Shown here: positions 25,694 to 37,543 of the stretch, in pieces
Layout of the letters: each line of letters begins with the position of its first letter
How positions within the stretch are numbered: the stretch's first letter is position 1
Source: Podarcis liolepis
Lineage: Eukaryota
Assembly (NCBI GenBank): GCA_965112155.1
Contig: OZ218104.1
Strand: one strand, 5' to 3'
Length of the DNA stretch: 64,000 nt
Translations under genes and position numbers: made by a program
Notes under the pieces: generated by a model
Told to the model about the DNA's origin: nothing
Database searches by the model: none
What the model saw: only the letters and a program-made list of their open reading frames with translations

Positions 25694-26250
25694 TAATGAA
25701 AAACTAGAAGTTAATAAAAATTAGCAAATACACAGAAAATTTACACAAGAACAGCAGCAATACTATGTAGTGACTTACGCAGTGGGAGGGGGAGGAAGAA
25801 TAGGGGGAAGTAGCGGCCAGAGACTGGACCGCCTTGCATGGCTTGTCAGTCAAAGGAAAAGAATACAAATTAAACACAAAACAGTATCTGTTCCAAACGT
25901 ACAATCAATCTACAAACAAGTTTAGAATTATTTTACAACACATTTCATTCAATCAGTTCTTAATACAAAAAGATGCCCATTTTGGGTAGAATATATATAT
26001 ATATACACATACACGCATATATATATATTTTCAGTGGTTTACTGCTGACTTATTTTAAATATATTAGTGTTATTACATGCAACTGTTTCCTGTACTTTAA
26101 CAGCCTTCCTATTAATTTACCTTCATATATGCTAACCTCTCCCTACCAAATTGTTCACATTTGGCAGTCAAAGATGTTTACCTTTGTTCTATGAAACTGA
26201 ATGCTGTGGGTTGTTTTTAGACACTGGCCTGAAAACGTCAGATCGCGGTT

Positions 26251-27099
26251 TCAACACATTGAAATCGTCACATTAATGCCTAAATTGCCGTTCTCTGCAA
26301 AAAGCTGTGCAATGCTGGTGTCAAAGACTAGACAGTCACTGTTCATGATGGCAGTTGCAATCCCTTCGTGAATTGATCGAGGAGTTGCTTCCCAAGTCAA
26401 TCGTCGCCTATGACCATTTAGCTCAAGTCGATAAGCAAAATTTTCAGCTTGTTTCCGTGTTCCTATCAGCTGTACAATTGCAAAGAACTGCTGGTGACCA
26501 TCATATTTCTCCTGTTTCTCCAATACAAGCATGAAGTGAAAGCCAAAACAAGACTGCATCATAACCCAGTCAACGGCACCAGGAAGATTAATGTCTGTAG
26601 CAAGGAAAACTATATCTTCTCCCTGTAGCGTCGTTATTGACTTATGCTGGTGCATGAGATGAGGCATGACAGCATCTAGAGAGCCTTGCCATTTACAAGA
26701 AGCACCAGGACATGGGCACGAATAAGGCCTGAATTCACAAAGCTCTTCATGGTCTGCTTTTTCAGTGTGGGGCAAAGTGATTTCGCAGCCAGAGGAGGCA
26801 TATTTACAAGGAAACAGTACAGAGTTGGCAACCTTTTCCATAGCCAAGTTACGAATTGAACCCAGTGGGCCTCGGCAGGTCGGACAGCATGTGAGCTTGG
26901 GACGACAGTTGCTACAAACAAGATGGCCACTTTGGCACTGCAGAATAGGTGGCAGTACATAGTCAAAACAGACAGGACACTCAAAGAGACTAGCCAAGTC
27001 ATTGTTGGAAGCGGTGGTGCCAGTCAATGCAGGCACCCTCTGTGATGGTGTGCACTTGGAGGTACCCGTGGGAAGCGCTGTAGCAGTTTGACGACTCAT
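26251..27099 (-). CDS. SIAH1: E3 ubiquitin-protein ligase SIAH1, main coding exon (282 aa)
   Basis: [16 protein letters not shown]... with RING ([25 protein letters not shown]...CPTC), SIAH zinc fingers and substrate-binding domain ending NVTISMC-TGA. The acceptor cttacag|aaATG puts the exon start at 27101. Confidence 0.99.
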   Translation of the reverse strand: MSRQTATALPTGTSKCTPSQRVPALTGTTASNNDLASLFECPVCFDYVLPPILQCQSGHLVCSNCRPKLTCCPTCRGPLGSIRNLAMEKVANSVLFPCKYASSGCEITLPHTEKADHEELCEFRPYSCPCPGASCKWQGSLDAVMPHLMHQHKSITTLQGEDIVFLATDINLPGAVDWVMMQSCFGFHFMLVLEKQEKYDGHQQFFAIVQLIGTRKQAENFAYRLELNGHRRRLTWEATPRSIHEGIATAIMNSDCLVFDTSIAQLFAENGNLGINVTISMC

Positions 27100-27230
27100 T
27101 TCTGTAAGAAAGCAAAACAAAATGAGCACATTTGTAAAGCTCCTTCTTTCAAAAGAAAACAATCAAGCCTACTTTTCAGGGGGGGGGGGGAGAATCTGAC
27201 ACATTTACTAAATGTAAAAATGGTCTAATC

Positions 27231-27364
27231 CAGGGTTTCCCAAACTTGGGTCTCCAGCGGTTTCTGGACTACAGGCCACCATCCCTGACCACTGGTCCTG
27301 CTAGCTAGGGATAATGGAAGTTGTAGTTCAACAACTGCTGGTGATCCAAGTTTAGGAAAACTTG
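27231..27364. mobile_element. Palindromic hAT-type MITE related to 4935-5070
   Basis: 8-bp TSD gtctaatc; imperfect arms. Diverged relatives occur near 740, 1590, 2230, 3750, 4270, 6640, 14920, 15800 and 49530. Confidence 0.8.
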
Positions 27365-30259
27365 GTCTAATCCAACAGGGCTTATAGGTCCATCTAGTCC
27401 AGCATTTATTTCTCACAGCTTCCAGAAGGGTAACAAGCACAACATGAAGACAGCAACCCATCCTATATGCCAACTTCCCCAGAAACTTGGTATTTACAGT
27501 GATACTGCCTCTGATCATAGAAGCTCCACTTAGCTAGACCAATTCTCCATTAAATTTTCCAATCCTTTTTCAAAGCCATCTAAGAGGATGGATGTTGGGG
27601 AGGTTTTGCTAAGACTTCCGGGTATAGGGCAGTATATAAATTCAATAAATAATAATAATACCAACACATGTTACTTGAATTGCAATCAATATATAATGTA
27701 TTGGAATATGTATTTTAACCACATTTATTAATAATTTGTAACTAAAGAAATGGATGAGATAGTTGTAAAGGAATACTGCTTAATTAGAGCACCTAATAAG
27801 GTGGTTTAGGGTAAATGAGTTTTAATCTATTTTTTAACAGCCATCTAAGCCATGGTCAACACCACATCTTGTGGTTGGGAATGCCATACATTAATTTGTT
27901 GTGTGAAAAGTGTTTTCTTTTGTCTCCCCTGAAATTAATTTCACCAGGGGACCCAATAAATGCTAAATATTACCACATTTCACAATGTCTGAAATCAGAA
28001 CCTGATGTGATCTGCATTAAAACATAAGAGCCACCATCAAGTTCATGCTCATGTCTGCGTCTAGGTCTCAGTGGAAGCAGTGGAAGTTAAGCGTGTTTAA
28101 CTGTGTCTGAATTACAGCCAAAGTACCAATGAAGTTTAAACAGGGTATTAAAAAGTCTTATATAGCAACTAGTCATATGGCGTTAATAAGTAGTACAGAC
28201 ATTCAGGTGCTGGTTTTGTATGGAGTAACACAGTCTGTTTGAGAAAGTAGTATCTCGGAGTTAAAATGCTCCTGAAACGCAAATGCCAAGAGAGCTTCTC
28301 TACATGTAGGATACATCAAACCTGTGATTGTAGCCACACCCTGAACAATGTATAAAAACACAGGACTGCAGTCACAATCCTTCTGTCATAACAACTGCAA
28401 GCAAAACCTGCAAGTGACCAGTAAGCTGGTTTGTTTTACTGCATATATTTACCCCACAAAGAAAAATCCCTGAGGCATGCAACAGTGGGCAACTGCTAAT
28501 GATCTCAGAGATGAGGTGATTCTTTCCACCATCTCAAAAATCAGACTAATTAGTGTCTACTTAAAAACATAACAGCTTCTCTAGTTAAGTTTTGTGCTAT
28601 TCAGGAAACCTTATCCTTGATACATTCAAAGTTCTTGCTCAATATACTCTGGGCAGCAATTAGCAATTTTGCTTAGCCATTTGCAGCAAAGAAATCTCTA
28701 CCTCACTTAAAGACAAGCAGTAACCTTACAAGGAAAAAGAATGACAAAATTCCTGGTGTATGTATCGACACATACTTTGCATATAGTGTTGTTTTAAAGA
28801 TAGGATAGTAACATCTTTTTTAAAAAAAAATAAGCAGACTAAAATAGAAACGTTTTGTACTATTCACACTTCAAGCACAGTAACAGCTTACAAATTGGTT
28901 TTTCACATTAGTCAAAATATTTTCACAAAGTCTCTAACCATCTGGCTACATTTTTTGTGTGTGGTTGCAATGCTATTACATACCTTAGAGACTATAGCTA
29001 ACCTTAATAGCCTGCTAAAAGGTTCACTGGGAACTGAGAAGCTTATGGTGCATTTTTAGTGAACATAGAACTGCAAGTATTTAAATCAATTAATGGTATG
29101 GATCAAGCAATTAAAATATTTTGAATAAAAATATGCCACCAATTAATTGATAGGCAGATTCTTTCAAGAATCTAATCACACTTTGTAGGGAGTAATTCCC
29201 ATTAACACAGTGGGCCTTACTTCTGTGTACACATGCATATAGACACACTGCACTAATTATTTTTGTTTACAAAAACATCATATTGGAACAGACATTTCTT
29301 CTATCAGACAATAAGGAATCTCTTTCCATATGCTGCCCCCTGTGACACGTGTACGCATCTAAAAGCAAAATACAATTTCCTTCAGAATAATTTATTTGTA
29401 CACAGGTGTAACCAACAGATTACAATTTATGACCCAACCATTAAAAACCTTTAAATCACCTGACAGCCCACACATGTAGATAATTCAATGTAGGAAGAGT
29501 TAAATGTTCATTTCGGCATCCCCTCTTCCCATCTTGTAAGCCTTGCAAGGTAATTACCACTACGCATATGCTTAGAAGCTGGGCACCAGAACAGGCAAGC
29601 TCAGCTACCACACACATTTCAATACACCACTGAACAAGTCACATTCAACTCTGAATGACCATTTAGACATAAGCACGTTGCCTCACTTTTTACCAAATTA
29701 ATCTGCAATGCAATAAATATATCCACTGACAAATATCAGGTTGTCCCAACTATCTTGCAGGCCCAATCAGAACCTTCAGTTATCTATGGAACTCATTGCT
29801 GGAAGACCGGAGAAATCAACTAGTTTTCCTATGGGCCAACTCTCACAACATTTTAATATGAGTAAAATTACAATATCCAACAAGAACCCAGAACCTGCGC
29901 CTTCTCCCTCCCTCCCTCCCTCCTCCTGGCTTCTCCCTGCCCTGCCTAGAGAAGGAAGGGGGCTGGGCTTTGATGAGCCGCAGTTGGCTGAACACCATTT
30001 TAAGCAGCCTCTCTCCGGAGCCAGCCCTTTTGTGCCGCTCATCATCCTGCCGCCAGCCCCTGCCGCTCATAAGGAATAGGTAAGCAGCCACTGGGGCTCA
30101 TCCAGTGCTGTAGAGAAGGGGAGAGTCAGTGGGGGGGCTTCCCAAAATATAGTCCGCCCCCCCAAGGTCTGAGGAACAGTGGACCGGCCCCCTGCAAAAA
30201 AAAAATTGTTGACCCCTGGATTAGTGCACTGTGTTGTGTGATTGGGTTCCCTTGAAAAT

Positions 30260-30790
30260 GGTTTGGAAACCACAGCTAGTGCAAAATTCAGCTGCCAAAT
30301 TGCAGGACAGTTTGAGCATATAACATCAATATTGGCACAACTGCACTGGTGGCCAAGTTTAACTCTGGTTTTGACCTATAAAGCCTTAGGCAGTGCAGTA
30401 CCCCAGTATCTCAATGACCACCTCTCTCCACATGAACTAACCTGGACCCTGCATTCAATCACCTTTCACTATGTGTCCCTCTAAGGGAGATGCAGAGTGA
30501 AGATACAATAAAGGGCCTTTTCAGTGGAGACTCTCCACTTGTAAAATGCTCTCCCCAGGGGGTTATGCCTGGAACTATCACATTGTTTTTAATTGCCCAG
30601 GCTTTTAACTCTTAATTTGGAAGGTGGTGGTTGTTTTTAGCCTACTTTTGTGCTCATCCTTTTAGTGGGGTAAGTTGGATATGTCCTTTTTATATATTTT
30701 TATGAATGAGCATTTTAGGTTCTTGTTTTAGTCTTATTATTCTGTTTGGTTTTAATGTTTGTTCTTGTACTGCAAGCTGCGTTGCAAAAA
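30260..30790 (+). mobile_element. L2-like LINE 3' fragment
   Basis: FEHITSILAQLHW...LVLTYKALG...PQYLNDHL; homologous to 12600-12900. Confidence 0.65.
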
Positions 30791-32658
30791 AGTGACAAGT
30801 ATAATCATAATATATATAATCATATAGAATTATATAAATATATAATCATAATACTATTTTATGTACAGTTGACTTTTTCTTTTTTTCATGGTTGATTGTT
30901 TTATGTATTCATTGTTGCAACTTATCCTGGGATTTAGGACAAAAGGTATAATATTTTGCTTGAAATTATTTGATATATAAAATCAATCAATAAGACAGCC
31001 TTTAATATTAATGCGGACAACCCATTTTTAAATTTTTTAAAACCCGCAACCTCAAAAAATAATCAAAATTTACCCTATGCCAGTTCAGAATGTTGCATCT
31101 GGGTGGTCCCTCACAACAGAACACCAAAAACACCTGTAGTTTATACTGAATATATTAGTACAAAAGGTTTACGAGTTTTTGCTTACAGTTACTCAGAATG
31201 TCTCATCTCTCCATTTTGGCAGGGTTTGCTAGAAGAGAAGTGGCCTTGTTCTGTGGACACTGAAGTCAACACCATAATGCTCTGACTACTAGGCAAGATC
31301 TAACTGAAACTGCTGGTTTTACCAAGTGTGCTGTGCAAACTTTACCTCCAATTTAAGTTAATATGAGAATTTGTTTTGACTTGTTATATGTTTCATAAGA
31401 CATCTGTAAACCCCAAACAAAACTCAAATCGTATGAATTTTGTCACACACAAAAATAAAAGTTTGAAAGATTCAAATTATCTCTTTGAGTAGCACCAAAT
31501 GTACTGCAATTCAATCAATAGAGCCTGCCTCCTTTGTTCTCTAAGAACCAAAGAACTAACAGTTAGGTCATAAAGTATTAGACCTTGATGCACTTTTCTC
31601 AATTTCTACTGGGTATACTGTACCTATGGCTAAGTTGTCACTTGTTAAGATCTAAAAGCTTGATTTAAAAAAACCACACACCCCTTAATGACCCATTTTT
31701 TAAACTACAGCTGTGCTCACAAGAATACCTTACCACTGTTTGACAGCCAGAGTTAGTCCATCACAGTGTCCACACATTACTACAGATAATTTGGTGTTAA
31801 ATCTGAATTAGTTGTAAGCATTCCTGTGAGACCAGAATTAAAGTGTTGAAGCTACTGACCAACAGTCATGTATTTTCTAAGTACATATGCCTCCTCTGCA
31901 TTACAAGGGCTTGCATAGTAAACAACATTTTTGCAAGGTGAAGTAGTGAGCAACCAGAAGAAAATGGAGTAGAGGAGGGAGGGAAAGAACAACATAAACA
32001 AAACTGCAACAGAACTGTGTGTACAGATGCTTCTGCAGTGAAATAGTTAATCCTGAAGTCACCAAGGGAACACAACCAGATGTTGGAGGTTGCTGTACTT
32101 TTTGATAGCCATCTGAGAGTTTTATTCACCTCTGCTACTCTACTACAATGCACAAGGCTGCTGTTTTAAAAAAGAAAAGAAAAAGTAGTAGTGATAGCTA
32201 TTTTCATCAGCACCAGCTTGGAACGATAGCCCTCGCTCTTGACAAAGTTCTGGCTGCAGGCTTGGACACTATATTGTGATTCAAGGAAGTAAATAAAACC
32301 TATTTTGCTTTGTCACCATCTCCTTTATTAACACAGGACAAATAGTACAAGAGGAAAAAGACATTCAAATTGACTCTCATTATGTCTATTTTTTAAAGCC
32401 ATGTTAATTGTTCTGCTACATTAATTCCATAGAATAAAAATTAAAGTGAGCAGTATGCACACCAACTAATTACAGCTGAAGTTACAACCAAGGTCTTTTT
32501 CACCCACACAAACCTTTACACAAATCTTCAGGAACAACACAGATAAATATGAAGTGGACATATATGCAACAGCCTGGGGTGCTTGGGGTAGAAAGTGGAT
32601 CTCTACACAACAAAGGAAATCCAGGGTAGCCTGTGAGTCACTAAGTATGTTTTGCACA

Positions 32659-32659
<1 letters not shown>

Positions 32660-32690
<31 letters not shown>
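32660..32690. repeat. (CA)n microsatellite
   Basis: Direct reading. Confidence 0.95.
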
Positions 32691-32693
<3 letters not shown>

Positions 32694-33469
32694 GGTAAGT
32701 GCTGGATCCTGTCCCACCATCATGGAGCCTGCCAGATCCCGCCCAATTCTGCAACAATCTCTAACATCCATAAATTTTATGTGGCTTTTTGATTGCACCA
32801 GTTTCATATTGTGTCTTGATACCCACAATACAAAAATCCATGTCAGAATCAGATTATCACATGAGGAGCCCAACTTCTCACTAGTACACCCGCAAATTCC
32901 ACTGTGCAAAGTATTTCTACAATGTCTGCTCCAGCTGAAAGGAAAAACTCTATAAAAAGTTCAGGTGCAGGCAAACAAACTAAAATTCCGTACCTTGTTT
33001 CCCCAAAATATTTTGATCATGCTGAGTAAACAGAAGCATTTCAATGTTGGATCAAAACTTGGTAGGGGTTCAAGAAAGAAAATGCATTCAAATCCAGCCT
33101 CCAAGTCTGATTTCCTTAACAGGTGCCTTGGTAATGAAAAGAGGGTAAACACCTGCATGGATTATATGATGAGCATTCACACAGTATGTTTCCCCCCAGT
33201 AGTAGTTGGATTTTGAGGGGGAAGGGGAGCTACATTCCAAACGTGTAGTGAATGTAAAGAAAAATAAAACATGGGCAACAAACCTATTTCTGATAGCTCT
33301 TTAAGATTACAGGATCAGCTACTGTACTCATCAAGTGAGAAACTAAAGATGTTTCTGATACTGTGCCAAACAAGGAAAATTGGCCATTTGCGATATCCCA
33401 AGCAACTGCTGGCTTTCACAAATCTCACTGAGGTCCAGCGCCTAACAATGCCAGTGTAAGAAATGCTAC

Positions 33470-33560
33470 CTTTTCTTTTGCTGGTTTTATTTCCTGGCAG
33501 GCATGTATCAAGGACTCCTTTCCATGCGTATAAAAAACTGAAGGCGGATTTCCCCGTCAT
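33470..33560 (-). CDS. SIAH1: SIAH1 alternative coding first exon (long isoform, +31 aa)
   Basis: ATG at 33560 gives MTGKSAFSFLYAWKGVLDTCLPGNKTSKRK, then G|GTAGCA donor. Splicing to AA-ATG at 27101 gives ...KRK-E-MSRQ in frame. It resembles the recalled human long-isoform N-terminus MTGKATPPSLYSWRGVLFTCLPAARTRKRKE. Confidence 0.88.
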
Positions 33561-34350
33561 GAGGAGTAGAACAGCTCATTGCGTTTCTCCATAGAAACAA
33601 AAACAATCCACAACAGAGGCCCCTCCTGGAAACGCCAAGGCTTAGAGACAGCCGGCGCGAAAACAATACCCAGAAGGGGGCACAAATCCATGCGAGGCAG
33701 GCAGCTCCCTGAACAAGGGAAGGGCGTTCCTTTAATGAAAGTTTCCGAAGTAATCCAAAGTGAAAGACGTGCTAGTGTGAAGAAGCTGCAGAAAGTCTCA
33801 CCAATTAGATCCACTTTGATTAGGAAGCCTCCTAAGATGGAGACCCGAATTTCGACCCCCACCCAACTCCTTTTCTTGCGCGATCTCCGGAGCCCTCGCG
33901 AATCTGAACTGGAAACAACTGCGCCCAAACCCAAGAGGGAGGCGCACGGTCACATCCAAAGCAGAAGCAGCAACTCCCGAGTTCAGTCCGAAGCCTCGTG
34001 TGGCAAAGCTATTGGTCGCCGAAGAAAGCCTGAGCTCACTCTCCGCCAGCTCCTCCTAACGCCAGTGAGAACGAGGCGGCGGTATCCTGCTTGGGCCCAG
34101 GGAGGGAAGGAGGCTGGGCGGGCAGATCTGCCTCACATGATCAGCCGGACTCCGTTTGCAGCCAGCTATCGCAAGCATCCGCCAAGGGAGACTGCTTAGC
34201 GCAGCAAAGGTCGCGCCGGGAAAAGAAGGCTTGGTCCTTCCTTCGCTACGAAGGGACGATCCTGGTCACTGCTCGCCCGGAAGACGCTCTCGAGGCGGGA
34301 GGCAAACAAGCGCCGGCCCATCCACCCCAGCCCCTCCCTCTCCAGCGATT
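33560..34350 (-). promoter_or_regulatory. Intragenic CpG-rich alternative promoter and 5' leader of the SIAH1 long isoform
   Basis: CpG and GC enrichment against an AT-rich intron; CCAAT box (ATTGG near 34011 on +) and GC box (gggcggg near 34117); lies directly upstream of the alternative ATG. Confidence 0.7.
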
Positions 34351-35479
34351 AAGCTGTCTCCAAAAGTAGCTGACAGAGTTCAATTACTGTCCTTCCTGCA
34401 CAGCAGGATTAATATGGAGCAAAATTCGAGTGAATGAGTCAAACTTGACAGGCTGGTAGGCAGAGTCAAAACAATGGACTTGAACCATCTAGTAAAACAG
34501 TTTACTACGTATCTGATTTAGATCTTCCCCTTTAACTCTTAAGAATGTTGGTAATTTGCACAGCTGATGTTTTGAAACAAAGGAATCTTGACGTCTACCA
34601 AATCATACTATTAGTCTACCTAACTCAATATTGTCTACACACTACTTGGCAGAACTCTCCGGTTTGATGCAGGAATCTTTCCCAGCCCTACTAAGATGCC
34701 AGGAACTGAACCCTAGGCATTTTGCATGCAAAGCATGTGCTCTACCACTGAACTATGGACCTTCCCATAAAAGGTCTTTATATACACCCTGAGTATTTTT
34801 AAAAAACTGGGATAGCATGAGCAGGAAACTCCATGGAGATTTTACTGATACCAATAGAGGAATGAGACTAAACTAAACTGAGGAACTTCTGCTGACAAAA
34901 TTCCTTAACCCAAATTCTGTACCAAGGAAAGGGAGGATAGTGCCTGCAGCCTGGAGACACAGACCATGCAGTCAACAGAGGACAATTACTATGCACAAAA
35001 TGCCAGGGATAGTACTGACCACAATGCTCCACAGCAATGACACATGGAAGAAACCACTCCAAGCTCAACAGGTTCATCTTTATGCCTATACTCCTGCCTA
35101 GTTAAACACTTTAAGGAATGTATATGATCAACTAATTAAGTCATAAGAAAATTGGCAAACAGCTAACGAATGTGTTAATTGTCTTGCAAGCTCAAGTGCA
35201 TCATGGTGAGGATTTGAGGGGCTAGAAGCACATTTCTGGCTAGCAGGCCACTTCAAGCCTTGTTACAAATTGCTAGAGAGCTCTTTACATAGTTTAAAAG
35301 GGGGCTGAGGGCTCCCAGCAACCAACTAATGATCAGGATAGCCACACTCCCTCTCCTTTTAAGGCAATAAAGCTTTAAGTGCCATTTCCTCCTTCAGGCC
35401 TCCATACTGCTCACTGTGTCTGCCTAGCTCCCAAACTGTGCTGCCATTTACTGTTCTGATCACCTATTTCGAGAAGCTG

Positions 35480-35690
35480 GGCAAGATAATGAAGAACTTC
35501 TGCATGTGAAAAATGGCAACTAAAATGATCAGGGGACTGGAGCAACTCATTTACAGTACAAGGAAATTTTACGTTTTGAGATACTGAGCTTCAGAAAAAA
35601 AGTGGGGTGTATGTTAGAGATGTATAAAACGATGCATGGTGTAGAGAAAGTAGGCAGAGATGCTTTACTTCTTTGCTTCTAATGAGTAGG
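35480..35690 (+). mobile_element. Old CR1 fragment
   Basis: ggcaactaaaatgatcaggggactggagca (ATKMIRGLE) is homologous to 57362-57390. Confidence 0.6.
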
Positions 35691-35829
35691 ACTAGAGGAT
35701 ATCTGGTTTTCAAAATTGTGATATATCACTAGCTAAAAATTGTGATATACCAATATATTGTGATGTTGAAATAAGGATGGAACTATGCAAAGGTGAACGG
35801 GGCAACGTCCTGGCAACTGCTACTACTTG

Positions 35830-36640
35830 TTGCAGAGGTGGCCTGCAGGGCCTCAGGGAGCCAGTGGTAGAAGTGGCAACAGCCTGTGAGGCCATATCAT
35901 GGTGGTGGGAGGTGGCGACAGAAGTTGTGGTGGCTTGTGAGGCCTTGCCGTGGCAACGGGAAGTGGTGGTAGAAGCAGTGGCAGCCTGGCAGCAGTGGTA
36001 CAATAATCAGGGACTTGCGAGGCCTCATGGCAGTGGGAGGCAGCAGCAGCAATGAAGGCAACTTGTGAGGCCATGTTGTGGAAGCATGATGTGGCAGAAG
36101 TTGGGGTTGGCCTGCAAGGCCTCATGGTGGTGGTGGGATGTGACGGCAGAAGCAGCCTGTGAGGCCATGTCACTGAGGCGGGAAGTGGCAGCAGAAACGG
36201 CCTGCCTTGGTGAGGCCTTTAAGGCCACTGCCGTTTCTCACCACTGAGAAGCTTTGCAAACCGCCACTTTTGTGCCCCTGGCGCAAGGCCTCACAAGCTG
36301 CCACCACTACTACTGCATTGCCGTGGCAGTGTTGATTCTGTCACTGCTGGACCACTGCCGTCACCTCCCGTTGCTACCACAAGGTCTCGCAGGTGGCTGC
36401 TTCTGCTGCCACTTCTGGCCACTGCTTCTGCCGCCACAGCAACATGACCTCACAGGCCGCCTCCTCCTCCTGCTGGACAAGGCCTCACAGGCTGCTGATT
36501 ATCATGCCACTAGTGCCAGGCTGGCACCACTTCTACCACCACAAAGTGACCTTGCAGGCCACTGCTGCATCTGCCTCCTGCTGCGACATGGCCTTGCAGG
36601 CTGCCGCCACTTTTGCTGCTACCACAAGGCCTTACAGGCT
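35830..36640. repeat. Degenerate minisatellite arranged as a large inverted repeat
   Basis: Units of roughly 35-45 nt with a gcctgtgaggcc core on the left and ggcctcacaggc on the right; the axis is near 36220. Confidence 0.7.
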
Positions 36641-37000
36641 GCTTGTGTTCAAGCAAATGTAAGCAAAAGTCTCCTGCAGGCTTTCCCCACACAAGACAAG
36701 GTTTGCTTTTGTTCTTTTTTATTTTGTGCTTTTTTATCTCGTATTTTGATGTTGTAAACTGCCTTGAGATCTATGGATGAAGGGCAGTAATACAAATTTT
36801 ACTACTACTACTAATAATAATAAAAAATGTAAGTCCTTCTGAATTTAATGCAGCTTACTCCCAGATAAGTGGCATTGGGATTGCAGACACAATAATGTAT
36901 AATTATATAAATAATTTAATCTTCTACATGAAAGAGCTCAATAGTTGTAGTCATAATGTTTCTATATTAGGAGTTTTGATTAGCATGTTCTTTTAGGATA

Positions 37001-37316
37001 AAGTGGTGCCCCGCAAGACGAATGCCTCGCAAGACGGAAAACTCACTAGACGAAAGAGTTTTCCGTTTTGGAGGTGCTTCGCAAAACGAATCTCCTATGG
37101 GCTTGCTTCGCAAGACGAAAATGTCTTGCGAGTTCCTGCGGGTTTTTTCCCCTCCCCCCCTTTTCTAAGCCGCTAATCCGCTGATCCGATAAGCCGCTAA
37201 GACACTAAAAGCCGCTAATCTGCTAATCCATCAATGGGCTTGCTTCGCAAGACGAAAAAACCGCTAGACGAAGAGAATCACAGAACGGATGCTTTTCGTC
37301 TTGCGAGGCACCACTG
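37001..37316. mobile_element. Tc1/mariner-type MITE
   Basis: TIR agtggtgcc.cgcaagacgaa; TA flanks; internal cgcaagacgaa and ccgctaa repeats. Confidence 0.8.
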
Positions 37317-37382
37317 TAACTTAAAATTGTATCTATTTGTATATTTTTTCACCTCTTAGGTATTTAAAAAGTGAACCAAGTA

Positions 37383-37543
37383 TAGTGGTACCTCGGGTTA
37401 AGTACTTAATTCGTTCCGGAGGTCCGTTCTTAACTTGAAACAGTTCTTAACCTGAAGCACCACTTTAGTTAATGGGGCCTCCTCCCGCTGCTGCGCCGCC
37501 GGAGGCGTAACCTGAAGCGTATGTAACCCAAGATATACCACTG
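37383..37543. mobile_element. Tc1/mariner-type MITE (internally deleted)
   Basis: agtggtacctcgggtta...taccactg; TA flanks; inverted relative of 39436-39661. Confidence 0.8.

Noticed and set aside
27100-27162. 21-aa N-terminal extension of the 303-aa SIAH1 track ORF ([21 protein letters not shown])
   Set aside because: It starts at a non-ATG codon and runs through the polypyrimidine tract and acceptor, so it is intronic. The real starts are 27099 and 33560.
33579-34199. 206-aa plus-strand ORF over the alternative promoter
   Set aside because: Non-ATG start, no recognisable domain, and explained by GC-rich promoter composition.
35710-36757. Multiple overlapping Ala/Cys/His-rich ORFs
   Set aside because: Artefacts of a degenerate GC-rich minisatellite.
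37001-37316. Spaced cgcaagacgaa repeats resembling a CRISPR array
   Set aside because: Eukaryotic context, irregular spacing, no cas genes; these are subterminal repeats of a MITE.
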